Shown: positions 13,397-25,575 of the stretch, piece after piece
Layout: each line of letters opens with the position of its first letter
Numbering within the stretch: the stretch's first letter is position 1
NCBI RefSeq assembly: GCF_006345805.1
Contig: NC_043000.1
Span: forward strand, 46,748,001-46,812,000
Direction of reading: 5' to 3'
DNA from: Octopus sinensis
Lineage: Eukaryota
Length of the DNA: 64,000 nucleotides
Notes under the pieces: generated by a model
Seen by the model: only the letters and a program-made list of their open reading frames with translations
Databases searched by the model: none
Told to the model about the DNA's origin: nothing
Translations under genes and position numbers: made by a program

Positions 13397-15735
13397 AAGA
13401 CTTCCTTATAGACAAGGTTTCAGGTTTTACTAGTAGGGGTAAAAATGAAACGATTGTTCTTGCTCTCCACTCTGGATGTACCAACATATAATTGACCATG
13501 TGAAAAACAGACCTCTTCTAATTGCAAACCATCAAATTTCAAAACCTGACCTTGGGACTTATTATTGAACATTGCAAAAGACAGACGAATCGGATATTGA
13601 AGTTATTTGAACTTTAGGGGGATATTGGAAGGTATTAAAGGCAAGTGAGGAAATAAAAACATCTTCACCTTTTCCACAGCCAGAAATTATTGTGGCTTAT
13701 ATGACATTTCTCATTAATTTCTTGACAACAAGTCTTGTGCAATTACACAGTTTGGTTGAGAAAGGTTGTGCAGAAGCAATGGAAAGCAACGAGGAAGAGC
13801 TGGTGGCTGCAGTGAGCCTATGAACTCAAATGGGTAATTGACTATTTCCAATTAATCCACAACAGAGTCTTTAAATTTGTAGGTATATTCATTTCCTGGT
13901 AAAAGTTTCTCGAGTCTTCCATTTAAATCATTCGGAGTAATGGTCTTTGGTGCCATGATTGCTCTTTTGCACAAGCAAGAACATTTGTGCAATATACTTC
14001 GCAAAAAGTTTTCAAAAGTTCCTCAACTGAGCTAAACAAGGTGCAGATTTTTGATGGATTCAAGTCACCTTCATGAGTGATATCTATCCTTCCTTCTCCA
14101 AGTTACAAAATAATATGGGCAAAGTGTTCCAACAGATGGTGCCCATGCAAATGTACCCTCATATTTATAGAAAGCTTTAAAACTTTGATATGTTTCCATA
14201 AAACAGAAGATTTCAAGCATGCTTTCAATTCATCTGCCTTTGTTTTCCTGGGAATCACTGGCAAATTTTGTCTGAAATCACCTGAAAGTATTACTGTTAC
14301 ACCTCACATCAAACAATTGAAATTGAATAAATCCTGCAGCATTCTGTTAACAGCTTCTACTAAATTTTTATGGGACATTGTAGCTTCATCTCATATGATC
14401 AAAGAACATTTCATGAGAACTTGAGCTAAAGAAGAACTTTTACTAATATTGTCAACAGATTCATCATTTGAAGTTAAATTTAATGGCAGCATGACTGCTG
14501 TGTGAGGAGTTCAACCTCCTGGGATGAAAGTTGCAGCAATTCCAGAGCTTGCTACAGCTAAGGTTATTTCCTTTTTTGCTGACAGATTTTGGCTAGCACT
14601 AAATTTGTAACAAAATTTTTCCAGTTGCTTTTGGTGAGTCTAAAAAATATAATCCTCCTCTCTTCAGGAAATTTTCCCTTTTCATTTTACCTCTGTTTTT
14701 TTTTATTAAATGCAAATATTATCAAGACATTGTTTTACAGACTGATGCTCTTCCTATCACTAACCCTTATTTTACTAATAAGAAGTTTGATATTTCTCAT
14801 GTCACTGAGGGTGCAAAGCAAACAGTTGGTCTATTGACAGAAATGACAACAACACTGCACTTTGGGGTAGTTGCAATTGAGAAACATCAACATTTTCAGT
14901 ATGAGATTGCATTAATTTATCATGGTAATTTTGTTTGGTTTTCACTAACAATGTGTCTTTGGCATGCTGCTTATATTCTAAACCTAACTTCTAAGAAAAA
15001 TGCCTGGCACCACAGATGCATGCTTTTGTTGTTTAGCTGTCTGTTTCAAATTGTAATGACAAAGAACCATAGACCATTTCCTTATTTTTTTGAGTAGTTG
15101 TACAGATTTTAAAGAAATTGTTCTTTCTCATTCAATTTCTGTTGTCTCGTGTTGACTTTTCTATTTTGAAATATTTTTCCATTAGTATTTCCTTCAATAC
15201 CTTGTATGTATTCCTCTGCAACCATTATTTATTCTTTGTCACACAACAGTTGTAATAGTGCTACTGGTTTCTATTGTTAGGAGACAAGGTGTTTGCTCAT
15301 TTGCTTCAAAGACTGAGTTGCCCAGAAGTGCCTGTTGTAATTCTTGTTAGGAATATAATTAAGTTCACTTCCATTTTTGCTTGAACGCAGGTAAAAAATA
15401 TTTTCTTTGCTTTCTTTTGGACTTGTGTGTGTTCTTATTAATTTTTTCCCAATTACAAGTTTTTACTTGAAACTACCTTAAGTTTGAAACTTCCTTTTGT
15501 TCTGCTGTGTAATTGTGGTTTGGTTCACTTTTAGACAGCTACTATGTGAGCAAATTAAAGTGCAAATGATGCTAACGCTGTTTTCAGAATTATCTCTTAG
15601 ACTGATTTGAATATTTTTATGTGTTAAACATTGATTTAAATGTTCATTACACTTTTCTTTTTGCTTTTTAAGCTGTCTATTATATTTTTGCATTCTTATC
15701 TTTTCCCCATAAGCTGACAGAACATATTTTTGCAT
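13397..15735 (-). pseudogene. Decayed Helitron Rep/PIF1-helicase coding region
   Basis: The minus-strand translation gives DSPKATGK (degenerate Walker A), AVASSGIAATFIPGG*TPH, CSLII*DEATMSHK, ILSGDFRQNLPVIPRKTKADELKACLKSSVLWKH, AIMAPK, FAM-INKSQGQ and FSHGQLYVGTSRV. These are PIF1/Helitron helicase motifs, broken by many stops and frameshifts. Confidence 0.92.
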
Positions 15736-15931
15736 AGAATATTTATGTATGGTGACATTTGGAAAATGAAAATGACATGCTTTTAAATGGCTAAGGAAAA
15801 ATTTATAAAAAGATACCTTCCTCTTTTTGTTGTCTTACTCTAAGTATCAAGAGTAGGCTTTTCTCTGAATATTATCATATTTTAAAGGCAAACTTTGGAG
15901 TAAAATAAATGTGTGTATACACCAGGAATCA

Positions 15932-15935
<4 letters not shown>

Positions 15936-15983
<48 letters not shown>

Positions 15984-15986
15984 TAA

Positions 15987-16029
<43 letters not shown>

Positions 16030-16069
16030 AATAATTAATAATAATAATAATAATAATATAATAATAATG

Positions 16070-16144
<75 letters not shown>

Positions 16145-16160
16145 TTAATAATAATAATAT
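15936..16160. repeat. (AAT)n microsatellite, left flank of the Penelope-like element
   Basis: Visible directly. Confidence 0.95.
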
Positions 16161-16332
16161 TTTAAAAGGATTGACGTAATTCTTCACAAAGGAAATTTCA
16201 GCCCTGAAGATGAAAAAAGAAAAGAAGCTGAAAAAGTTGATTTCCTATTCCTCTGAGCCAGTGAGCAATGAAACATTTTGGTCGAGAACATTTGATATGA
16301 AATAGGAGAAGTCGTCTTTACTTTCAACACAA

Positions 16333-16770
16333 ATGTTATGTGATAAACTTATTGACATCAGGTTGAAAATTGTAGCAGAAAATTTTCATAAAATTCCAAT
16401 ACAATCAACCGTTTTTTCTGGCACAGAATTTCTAACATACAGTCCACACCACACACTGTTCATTCATCACACCAGGAACAATCATTTGTTCAGAAATTTT
16501 TATATTTATGACAGTTTCACAAGAATTAATAGCACAAATTACAATGTTGTACTCACTACAAACAATCATCATTCCTATAGTTCAACAACTTCATGTAACT
16601 AATCCCCAAGTTGGTGCATATAATTGTAGCCTTTTTGCCATGGTGTATGCATTTGAATTGGTCATTGGAAATACTCCAGAGAAGTTTTTATTTGATTGGT
16701 CAAAAAGGCGAGCATATTTAAGATTTTGCCTCGTAAACAATAAATTTGTTCCTTTCCTGAAAATAAAGGT
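16333..16770 (+). pseudogene. Ulp1/SENP-like (C48) cysteine-protease domain at the N-terminus of the PLE ORF
   Basis: LFIHHTRNNH (His 16483-16485), YIYDS (Asp 16510-16512), one frameshift, then PQVGAYNCSLFAMVYAFELVIGNTPEKFLFDWSKRRAYLRFCL (Gln, then Cys 16625-16627). This matches the invertebrate Ulp1-like pattern QxxGxDCGLFAIAFA..L..G.DP....FDQ..MR.HL..CL. Confidence 0.75.
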
Positions 16771-18431
16771 TTTTCAAATGTCTACAAAAACCACAGAAGT
16801 CACTTACTTTCTTTCACCTACCCAGAAATGGATTACCCCTAGAAGTATGACTAAAAATTATAACTTCTCACATGAACATTCAGAACAAATTTTATCATTC
16901 AAGAGGTTCCATATTTTTAGTGAAGATTTTGAGCAAAGCTCAAAAAGTAGTCAGGAATCTAATGAGAGTAGGACTATGAAAATCACTTGTCCGAGAAAAT
17001 CCATCACACTAGAGAATAAGTCGGTCATTAATTTATCTAAACTAAAAGTTTCACCTGACTATGTCTCAGCCTTAGATCTTGGATTGAGTTTCTGCCCAAG
17101 CGCTAAGAATTTCAACAAGAATAAACTACCTCAAGGGCTATTTCAGTTTGTCTGCTGTCACAAGCTGAAGGAATATCTTTTTCAAAAATTGGTGGCAAGG
17201 AATCAGGAAACCCTATGCTTACTGAAAATAAAAATGATGATGATTGAATCTAGCATAATTGGATTGAAAACAATCCCTATTGATATCCAGATAATGTTTG
17301 GGTTGGATGTTCATAAGCACTACCGTAATTTCTTGAATCTTGTCAGACAGTTATTTGAGAAAGCCTTAAAACAAGGGCAAAGAAGTACTGGAATAACCTC
17401 ACAAATTCCCAATTTTACACACTCTGACATCTAGCTAATAATGATTCTATTGTTATTAAAATGGTGGATAAGGGTGGCTCTATCATAATTATGGACAAAA
17501 GTAAGTATATTTCGGCTTGTGAAGAATTACCTGTTGATCCAAACTCCAATTACAGAGAAGAACTTGACAAAATAATTCTGGAAATGGAGGAAAGCAATTT
17601 CATAAATAAGGCCGAATCCAGGATTTTTTGATCAGTAAGTTTCTCCACTGCACCCAATTTGCAGCAAATATTAATGTTGTACAGCCAAGATTTCAGAATG
17701 GTTGGATGGTTTTCTACCTCTTGTCACAGAAAGATCAAGTTCCTATATTCGGAATACTTTTGATTTTGTGTCTAAAATCAACAACTTTTTTAAGCACTGA
17801 GGCCATATCGAGAACAGTTTTTTGGTAACTATGGATGTTTCTTCCCTTATATCCCAATATTGACCACAATGAAGGGGTAGAAGCATGCATGGCTGCCTTC
17901 GAAAAGTGCTCAAACAAAAGCATTCCATTAAATTTTCTTTGTAGATTATTGAGATTTGAGTTACAAAGTAACACAATGAAATTTGGACAAAGATTTTACC
18001 ACCAGAGAAGGGATTGCATCATGGGTACTCTCATGGCAGTTAATTTTTCTAATATCTTCATGACAAAATTCGTGACACAGCTACTGAAGAGATTCAAATC
18101 CCTTTATGGTCATGAACGAATACTTCAGTTACAGTTCACTGATGAAATTTTTTTTGTCTGTGAAGGATCACAGGATAGTTTAATTGACTTCTTGCATTTC
18201 AGTGACTGTTATGCTAAAAACTATGGCTTGAAGTCCAACATAAAATTTATGTCTAGTTTTTCAAAAACTAGCTTTGAATTTTTGGACACAAAAGTTAAGT
18301 TTTCTGGAGGTAGAATAGTGACAGTTATTTTGCAAGCCCACGTCATCCCACATTGATCTCCACTGCCACTCTGATTATCCACTCTGATTCCATCTGGAAT
18401 CATAACAGAAATGTTATGATTTATACAGAAG

Positions 18432-18776
18432 GTGGAACATGTAAAGATTCCCATTTTGATGTATGTGGCAGAATGCATGAAACGCAAGCTGATTTATGTT
18501 GGTAGTACAACAGAACAATTAAACGAAAGATTTAATGGGCACAGATATGACATCAAGCACAATAGCAGTGGTTCGACAGAACTTGCTGAACATTTTGCTT
18601 CAAACGGCTGCAGTTTTGAAAAAGACTTGAAAGTGCATATTCTCAGAAAATATTCTGAATTACTTCTCAAAATTCATGAGGAGAAATATGTTTGTGGGTT
18701 ATTAACATCACGGCCTGGAGGAATGAATAAAATAACAGGAGAAAATAATCAAATTTATACAAAACTGTTTGATTAA
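18432..18776 (+). pseudogene. GIY-YIG endonuclease domain of the PLE
   Basis: The ORF track gives YVAEC...YVGST...ERFNGHR...LAEHF...E...GMN. Confidence 0.9.
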
Positions 18777-18950
18777 ATATTCTTCTTCTTTTTTCCTTTT
18801 CTTTTTTCTTTCCTCTATCTTTCTGTCTTTTTTTCTGTCTTTTTCTTTTTGCCTGTTATAAAATTGAAACTTAAAGTGCGGACTCTGGTTTCTCTCGTTC
18901 ATAATTTGAATTTAAATATCTATAATTTTGAATTTTTATCGCTTCTTATT

Positions 18951-18993
18951 TTGAACTCGATAAAGACAGACTTACTGCCAAAATATCATTCAA
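18951..18993 (+). ncRNA. Degenerate minimal type I hammerhead in the PLE 3' region
   Basis: TTGAA-C / TCGATAA-A / GACAG-ACTTA-CTGCC / AAAA / TA-TC / A-TTCAA. Stems I and II and the tiny palindromic stem III (ATAT) are recognisable. The core is mutated. Confidence 0.5.
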
Positions 18994-19040
18994 CCAATAA
19001 AATATCTATTACAGTAAAGTTGCATTCTTCATCTTAATAA

Positions 19041-19041
19041 A

Positions 19042-19082
<41 letters not shown>

Positions 19083-19140
19083 GAATAATAATAAGAATAA
19101 TAATAAGAATAATAATAACAACAATAATAATAGCAACAAC
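19041..19140. repeat. (AAT)n microsatellite, right flank of the PLE
   Basis: Visible directly. Confidence 0.95.
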
Positions 19141-19248
19141 AACATTAATATTATCTTAATATTATCTTAATTTACTTTTCACAGTAAGATAGCTGTCTTA
19201 ATCTAATACTGCTTCTGTTGCATATAACAGAGCAGCAGCAGCAGCACC

Positions 19249-19292
<44 letters not shown>

Positions 19293-19921
19293 CAGTAGCA
19301 GTAGCAGTAGTAGTTTCTAAGATAAGCACAAGGCTTGAAATTTGGCAGGATCGAGGATTAAGTTGATTAAAATTGACACTATCCCTTGAATGGTGCTTTA
19401 TTTTATCGATTCTGGAGAAGATAAAAAAAAAAAGTAAAGTTGAATTTGACAGGATTTGAAGTGAGAATGTAAACTGCAACAACCAGTGCAAGGCATTTTG
19501 TCAGACACTATCAATTCTCCCAACAATAATGCATTCAGTCTAAATTTAAAGATTATATATTATCATCTTAAATCTTATCATTCATCAGCTATTTATCAAT
19601 CATTCTACATTATATTCATTCAGAACATATAAAGTAACACTTTCTTTAGTAATCCACCAGTGAAACTAAAATCTGCATGCAATTGGTTTAAGTCATGCAA
19701 TGGTTCAATTAGTACTTAAAATACCATTACTAATAGTTATCAACATATCAACTTGCTGCCACTTAAACAGACAAATAAGAAAACTATATGACTCCGGATA
19801 CAATAAGTATCTAATTTTCAAATCTTGAATATGCTTTTGGAAACCTAAAAAGAGAGAGACATTACAGTGAAACGATACATACAAACTTATATATATACAT
19901 ACACATATACATATATATATA

Positions 19922-19956
<35 letters not shown>

Positions 19957-20061
19957 GATATATATATATATATTCATATATAATGTGTATATACATGTGT
20001 ATATATATATATAGATATGTATATATATGTATATATGTACATATATATATATGTATATATC

Positions 20062-20150
<89 letters not shown>

Positions 20151-21026
20151 ATATATATATATCTGTGATAATTTTGATACATGATATATGTTGCATATAA
20201 CTTATGTTGTCAAGAAATGAGATATGAATCAAAATTTAGTTTCAACAATAGATGTCTACAGGAAGTGACAATTTGTAATAAGAATTTTGAATGAATTTTG
20301 TGAAAACTTTCTATGTGCAATTAAGAAAACTTTCTGGTGAATTGTAAGAGTAGATTTTTGCTGATAATTTCTAATCTTTTTCAATTATGGTAAATTCATT
20401 GGTCTACACTTCATATCATCATATCATCATATCATCATCATCATTATCATCTTCATCATCATCATTATTTGGGTGGAGGAAAGAATAAATTAGAATCCAC
20501 ATGATAAACATGAAATTAAAGAAAATTAAAATCTAGATGTTTAGATAACTTGTTTTATATAGTTTCTCCAATTTTTATTTTGTTTTTATTTTATGTATTT
20601 GATATTGAAATATTTCTTCGAATATGAAATATTGAGTATAAAGACAGAGTGTAATATGGCTATCAATCTTTTCAAAGCACAATATTATTTTCCACATGAT
20701 GTATTCCTGTATTTCTACAGGTCTTTTTTGAAATTTCTTTATTAGTTCTTGTGTTTCTGTTTTTACTTTTTGCATTGAATAAACATGAAAGCAGAATAAC
20801 TTCACAAACAAGAAAATAAATAAATAAAGAAACTAAAATGATTAAAAAAAGTTTTTCTAAATATTCTTTTATAAAAAGTAAATGAAAGTTGTTTTTTTTT
20901 CTTCTCTAAAATAGAAAAAATAAATTCTGAAAAATACATTAGTTATCAATCCATCCAATTAGAGCTAATAAAAAAAATTAAATAAAATTAAGCAAAACAA
21001 CAAACAGAAACTGTTAGTGCTGCTGT

Positions 21027-21094
<68 letters not shown>

Positions 21095-21831
21095 TTTATT
21101 TTTAGCAGAAGCAGATATCAAATAAATCAATTTTATAAACAAGATTTTTTTTTCTTTTCTCTCCATTGTATTTTTCTGAAGTTTTATATTTAAAAACAAA
21201 ATTCTGTTTTCTCCTAGTGAGTCATCGTTTTTATGTATTTTTGTCAGGGCATAAGAAAGAAGACCCTCCAACACCACCAAACACACACACACACACACAC
21301 ACAAAAAAAAAATGAAGCTTAAATTGTGAATGAAACCATACTGTACAATCTTTGGTGTTGTTATCTGTTATTTATACTTGCATTGTTGCATAATTGTATT
21401 TTTCCCTAATATTTTCACATAGGAAAAATAATAAATTGCTAAAAATATAAAGAAAATAAAAAAAAGCTGAGAAAAATAAAATAAAAAGGTATGACAAAAT
21501 CCAAACAAGCTAAATGCATATTGTCCAAATGAAAATGACAATTTGTTTCAAAGCAAAAAATTCCTGTGCAAAGGGGAAAAAGAATGAAAAAACGAAAATG
21601 GTAAAAATCTTTCAGTGTTTTTGTTCAGTTTGCAAAATCTTTCATACGCACATGCATACACAGACAAATATATATGTTTTTTAATCAGCAGATGTTACAA
21701 AATGACACAGTTGAGTTTTGTACAAGGTGCTTATCAAACTTGTGTCAGTTTTTAATTTTTGCCAATTAAATATAAGAATATGTACTCATGTTGAGTTGTA
21801 TTACATCCATTTATTTTACCTAATCTTGCTT

Positions 21832-21903
<72 letters not shown>

Positions 21904-22188
21904 CTGCATGCATACATACATACATGCATACATACATCATACACACACACACACACACACACATGCATACACACACATATAGTATACTGTTCTGTGAAGG
22001 TAAGACCACTCATAAAATACTTCATCTGATGACAGATATATATTGTTTAATGAACATAGTATATATTTTTATACACTAAAACTATTAGTAGCTTATAAAA
22101 ATATATAATGTGTTCATTAAACAATATATACAAATATATATATATGTATATATATATCTGTAAGTGTAATATGTCACAATTATTTGGT

Positions 22189-22260
22189 AGCCATGATAAA
22201 ACTCTGAGTTTCGGATGTTGGGGTGGATATCCATACTGTCATCTCTTCAGTTATCTGGCC
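22189..22260 (-). ncRNA. Type I hammerhead ribozyme with intact core
   Basis: Minus strand reads GGCCA-GATAA CTGAAGA GATG..CATC-C GAAA CTCAGAG TT^ TTATC-A-TGGC. Stem I GATAA/TTATC plus GCCA/TGGC; near-palindromic stem III CTCAGAG; predicted GUU cleavage between 22200 and 22199. Confidence 0.75.
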
Positions 22261-22588
22261 ATCTGAAAAAATGCTATGAAAATTATCATTAAACAAAGGG
22301 AAATTACTGTGTGATTGACCGTTATTAAGACAAAAGAGCTATTTGAATGACTGCCAAGTGAGGGGAGGGAGTAAAAGTAAGGGGGTACAAATGTACATAG
22401 TATTCGTGAAAGCACACATGTCCATACCTACACACACTTACGTGAATACTATGTACATTTGTACCCCCTTACTTTTACTCCCTCCCCTCACTTAGCAGTC
22501 ATTCAAACAGCTCTTTTGTCTTAATAACAGTCAATCACACAGTAATTTCCTTCTGTTTAATGGTCATTTTCATAGCATTTTTTCCGAT

Positions 22589-22659
22589 GGCCAGATAACT
22601 GAAGAGATGGTGGCATGGATTTCCACCCCGACATCCAAAACTCAGAGTTTTATCATGGC
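22589..22659 (+). ncRNA. Second hammerhead copy (right arm) with GAAA changed to AAAA
   Basis: Same fold as the left arm. CTGAAGA at 22599-22605. AAAA at 22637-22640 replaces the conserved GAAA (G12 lost). Confidence 0.7.
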
Positions 22660-23013
22660 TACCAAATAATTGTCACATATTACATTTACAGATAAATTCC
22701 TCTATTTACATAATATCGAGGTCTCTTTCTTTCTTTTGTTGTCTTACTATTTCTGTCAATATAAATATATATATATATTTCATGCCATGCTAAGAAATGG
22801 TGTATGGCACCAGAATTTTCACCTCGAGTCAAATATAAAGAAATTGCTTCTCATTATTGTTAGAGTATTTGCACAAGTGGAGTGAAAGCCAGCTATTTTT
22901 GAAATCTTTGGAAATGCTTTAACTGAGGAAGGTTTACATAATGAATACATTTCCTATTACATATTATGCAATCCTGAAATAGACCTATTAAATTATTTAG
23001 AAATATCACTATT

Positions 23014-23060
<47 letters not shown>

Positions 23061-23779
23061 ACTTGAACAGCCACACAAAGCAGTCGCCTAATGACATATT
23101 TGGGACTGTGAGATAAACTCAAAGTATGAAGTAGTTTGATAAAATTTTATCAAGTGATTTTCAAATTTGATCAATATAATCTTGTTTCTCATCAGAGGTT
23201 TCCACAGTTATTTCAGGTTAAATACCCTGCCTGCCATTTGTTCATGAGATAAACCGTTGAAGAGTGAGCACTAAAATTCAAAACAGTTAAAGTGTATGGT
23301 TACATACAATAAGATTTATAATAATATATTAATATATTAAGATATATTAAATACATTATAATATAGGCAGCTATAGCAATTAAAACCAAAAACATAAAAT
23401 TAATAAATGAGGGTGCAAAATAGCACAATTGCTAGAAATAAGAGCCAAACTTTAACTCAAACAGCAACACAAAAGTTCTAATCTCATGAAATATTTGGAA
23501 CTGTGAGCTGCAAGCCATAACATCTTTTTTTGACAAGAAATATTCGTAGAGTGAAGTGGTTTGATTAAACCTTATCATGTGATTTCGAAATTCAATCAAT
23601 ATGATCCTGTTTCTCGTCAGAAATATAGTAGTATAGTAGGGTCAGTGGGGCACCATCTGTGAAAAAAAAAAACACCATGACAGTTTACTCTGCCAGAAAT
23701 GTCATGCTTTGTATTTGCACCAGAGGTTCCAATAAAAGCATTTCAGTGTGTTTGGGTGTCATTCTTAGGACATTACCAA

Positions 23780-24075
23780 AAGTGATAAAAATCAAACATC
23801 CAGTCAACATCATGGTATTTGCAGTGATCACTAGTGATGACAACATTATACCTCCATTCATCTTCCAAGACTCATCACGGAGGCCTACATCAAGTGCCTG
23901 GAGGAGGTAGCGCTGTCCTGGGTCAAGAGGGTGGCTGCTGGAAGACTCTGTGTCTGGCAACAGAAATCTGCAGCATGCTCCACAAGCAGGGAAACCCAAT
24001 CATGGCTGTTAGACAATTTCTGTGACCACATCACCCCTAACATCTAACTCGCCAGACTGTGACTACCTTGACCAA
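23780..24075 (+). pseudogene. Tc1/mariner-superfamily transposase fragment (maT/DD37D-like)
   Basis: KHPVNIMVFAVITSD..IIPPFIF, AYIKCLEEV..WVKRVAAGR..WQQ, then NSPDCDYLD (degenerate WPPNSPDLNPLD). Frameshifted. Confidence 0.7.
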
Positions 24076-24196
24076 AGACTTACGATTGGATTTGGTAGAT
24101 GAAAGTTGAAAGAAAACTGTCATATATATTATATATATCGGTTGTAAGAACATAAATCTGACAGAAGAAGCACACTCTAAGATGTAAAGCAGTATA

Positions 24197-24573
24197 CACT
24201 TGTGTCAGAAATTAATTAGCACCCTTGATTTGCTCTTTACTCAAGGTATGTGCTGTCACCTAGTGGCCATATCTCGAACTATTGCTTTGTTGCGAGTTCA
24301 CTGTTGCGCAGAACGATGATGTAACTTTGTTTGCAGAGCAGTTTGAGAGTCTACAGCCTTATGATGTTGACATAGCAGTGCAACAAATTGGAGTGCGGAT
24401 GCAGACAAATCTTCCTTTGTTTAATAGATATAGGTAGCGCCTCGCAAGGACCGAAATCACACCATACTAAGTTTTCTCATCGCGTAAGACGTTTTGAACA
24501 GCTCATAGGTTAATTGATTTAACCTATTTAATGTAGAAATTTGAGAAGTGCTAATTAATTTCTGACACAAGTG
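24197..24573. mobile_element. Tc1/mariner-type MITE, 377 bp
   Basis: Perfect 26-bp TIRs CACTTGTGTCAGAAATTAATTAGCAC at 24197-24222 and 24548-24573, with TA on both flanks. Confidence 0.9.
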
Positions 24574-24683
24574 TATATTAAAATTGGGGAAGGCAGGTTT
24601 ATGGGGTTACCATAGGTTTCCTGTCCATAAAGGGTTTAGCATTATGGTGTATCGTCAGATCCTAAAACTCTGTTGACCTCTAA

Positions 24684-24755
<72 letters not shown>

Positions 24756-24756
24756 A

Positions 24757-24822
<66 letters not shown>

Positions 24823-24860
24823 GAGTGAGAGAGTGTTAGGTGTGGTGTACAAAATTTGAA

Positions 24861-25107
24861 TATTGAGAAAAAAGTCATCATAATTTTGGGAAAAAAGTAT
24901 TTTTATTCCTTTATTATTATTAGCGCTTTCATTCGTTTCTTGAACTTGTCAAATAGAATTTTGTGAATGTACAAACAGCTTGTTCATTTATATAAAACAG
25001 ATGTTTTTTGGGGATTTTGTTTAGAAGAACAGAACATTGTTTTTTTTTTGGGTAGAGGTTCCATGACAATGGAGATAGATAGAAATACAGGTAGGTAGGT
25101 AGGTAGG

Positions 25108-25154
<47 letters not shown>

Positions 25155-25521
25155 TCAGACAGATATCTGTCTGACTATGCATCTATGTTTCTATGTATGT
25201 ATGCATCTATCTATCTATCTATCTATCTTTCTATCTATCTATCTATCTGTCTATCTATCTATCTATCAATCTATCTATCTATCTTTCTACCTACCTATAT
25301 TTCTATCTCCATTGTCATGGAACTTCACCCCATAAAACAAAAAAAATGTTCTCTTTTTCTAAACAAAACCCCACCAAAACATGTGTTTTTTATAAATGAA
25401 CAAGCTGTTTGTACATTCACAAAATTCTATTTGACAAGTTTGAAAAATGAATGAAAGTGCTAATAATAATAAAGAAATAAAAAGATTTCTTTCCAAAATT
25501 CCGACGACTTTTTCCTCAATA
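24861..25521. mobile_element. Foldback element of about 660 bp; a spacer-less palindrome with a (GATA)n/(TATC)n centre
   Basis: The arms mirror each other from TATTGAG (24861) to CTCAATA (25521). A perfect 28-bp palindrome is centred between 25164 and 25165. Confidence 0.85.
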
Positions 25522-25537
25522 TATATATATACATATG

Positions 25538-25575
<38 letters not shown>

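Larger units (their letters stand above)
16195..19040 (+). mobile_element. Penelope-like retroelement (PLE), 5'-truncated and decayed: Ulp1-like protease, PLE N-domain, RT, GIY-YIG, 3' pLTR remnant
   Basis: VINLSKLKVS..ALDLGLSFCPS (PLE N-terminal motif); IVIKMVDKGGSIIIMDKSKY; SSYIRNTFDF; LYPNIDHNEG; MGTLMAVNFSNIFM; FTDEIFF (degenerate YIDDIF); FEFLDTKV; MYVAECMKRKLIYVGSTTEQLNERFNGHRYDIK...ELAEHF...GGMN (GIY-YIG, C-terminal). Confidence 0.93.
22155..22780. mobile_element. (TA)n-embedded inverted-repeat element (pLTR-like) with about 250-bp arms, each carrying a hammerhead motif
   Basis: Arms 22155-22405 and 22444-22694 are near-perfect reverse complements around a 38-bp spacer. The right arm continues to about 22780. 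(TA)n flanks both sides. Confidence 0.85.

Noticed and set aside
16203-16215. CTGAAGA-T-GAAA hammerhead-like core
   Set aside because: No stem II or flanking helices, and it lies in the PLE reading frame.
23183-23625. CTGAYGA-GAAAC on the minus strand in two related repeats (about 23190 and 23612)
   Set aside because: There is no stem II between the core halves and no stem I or III.
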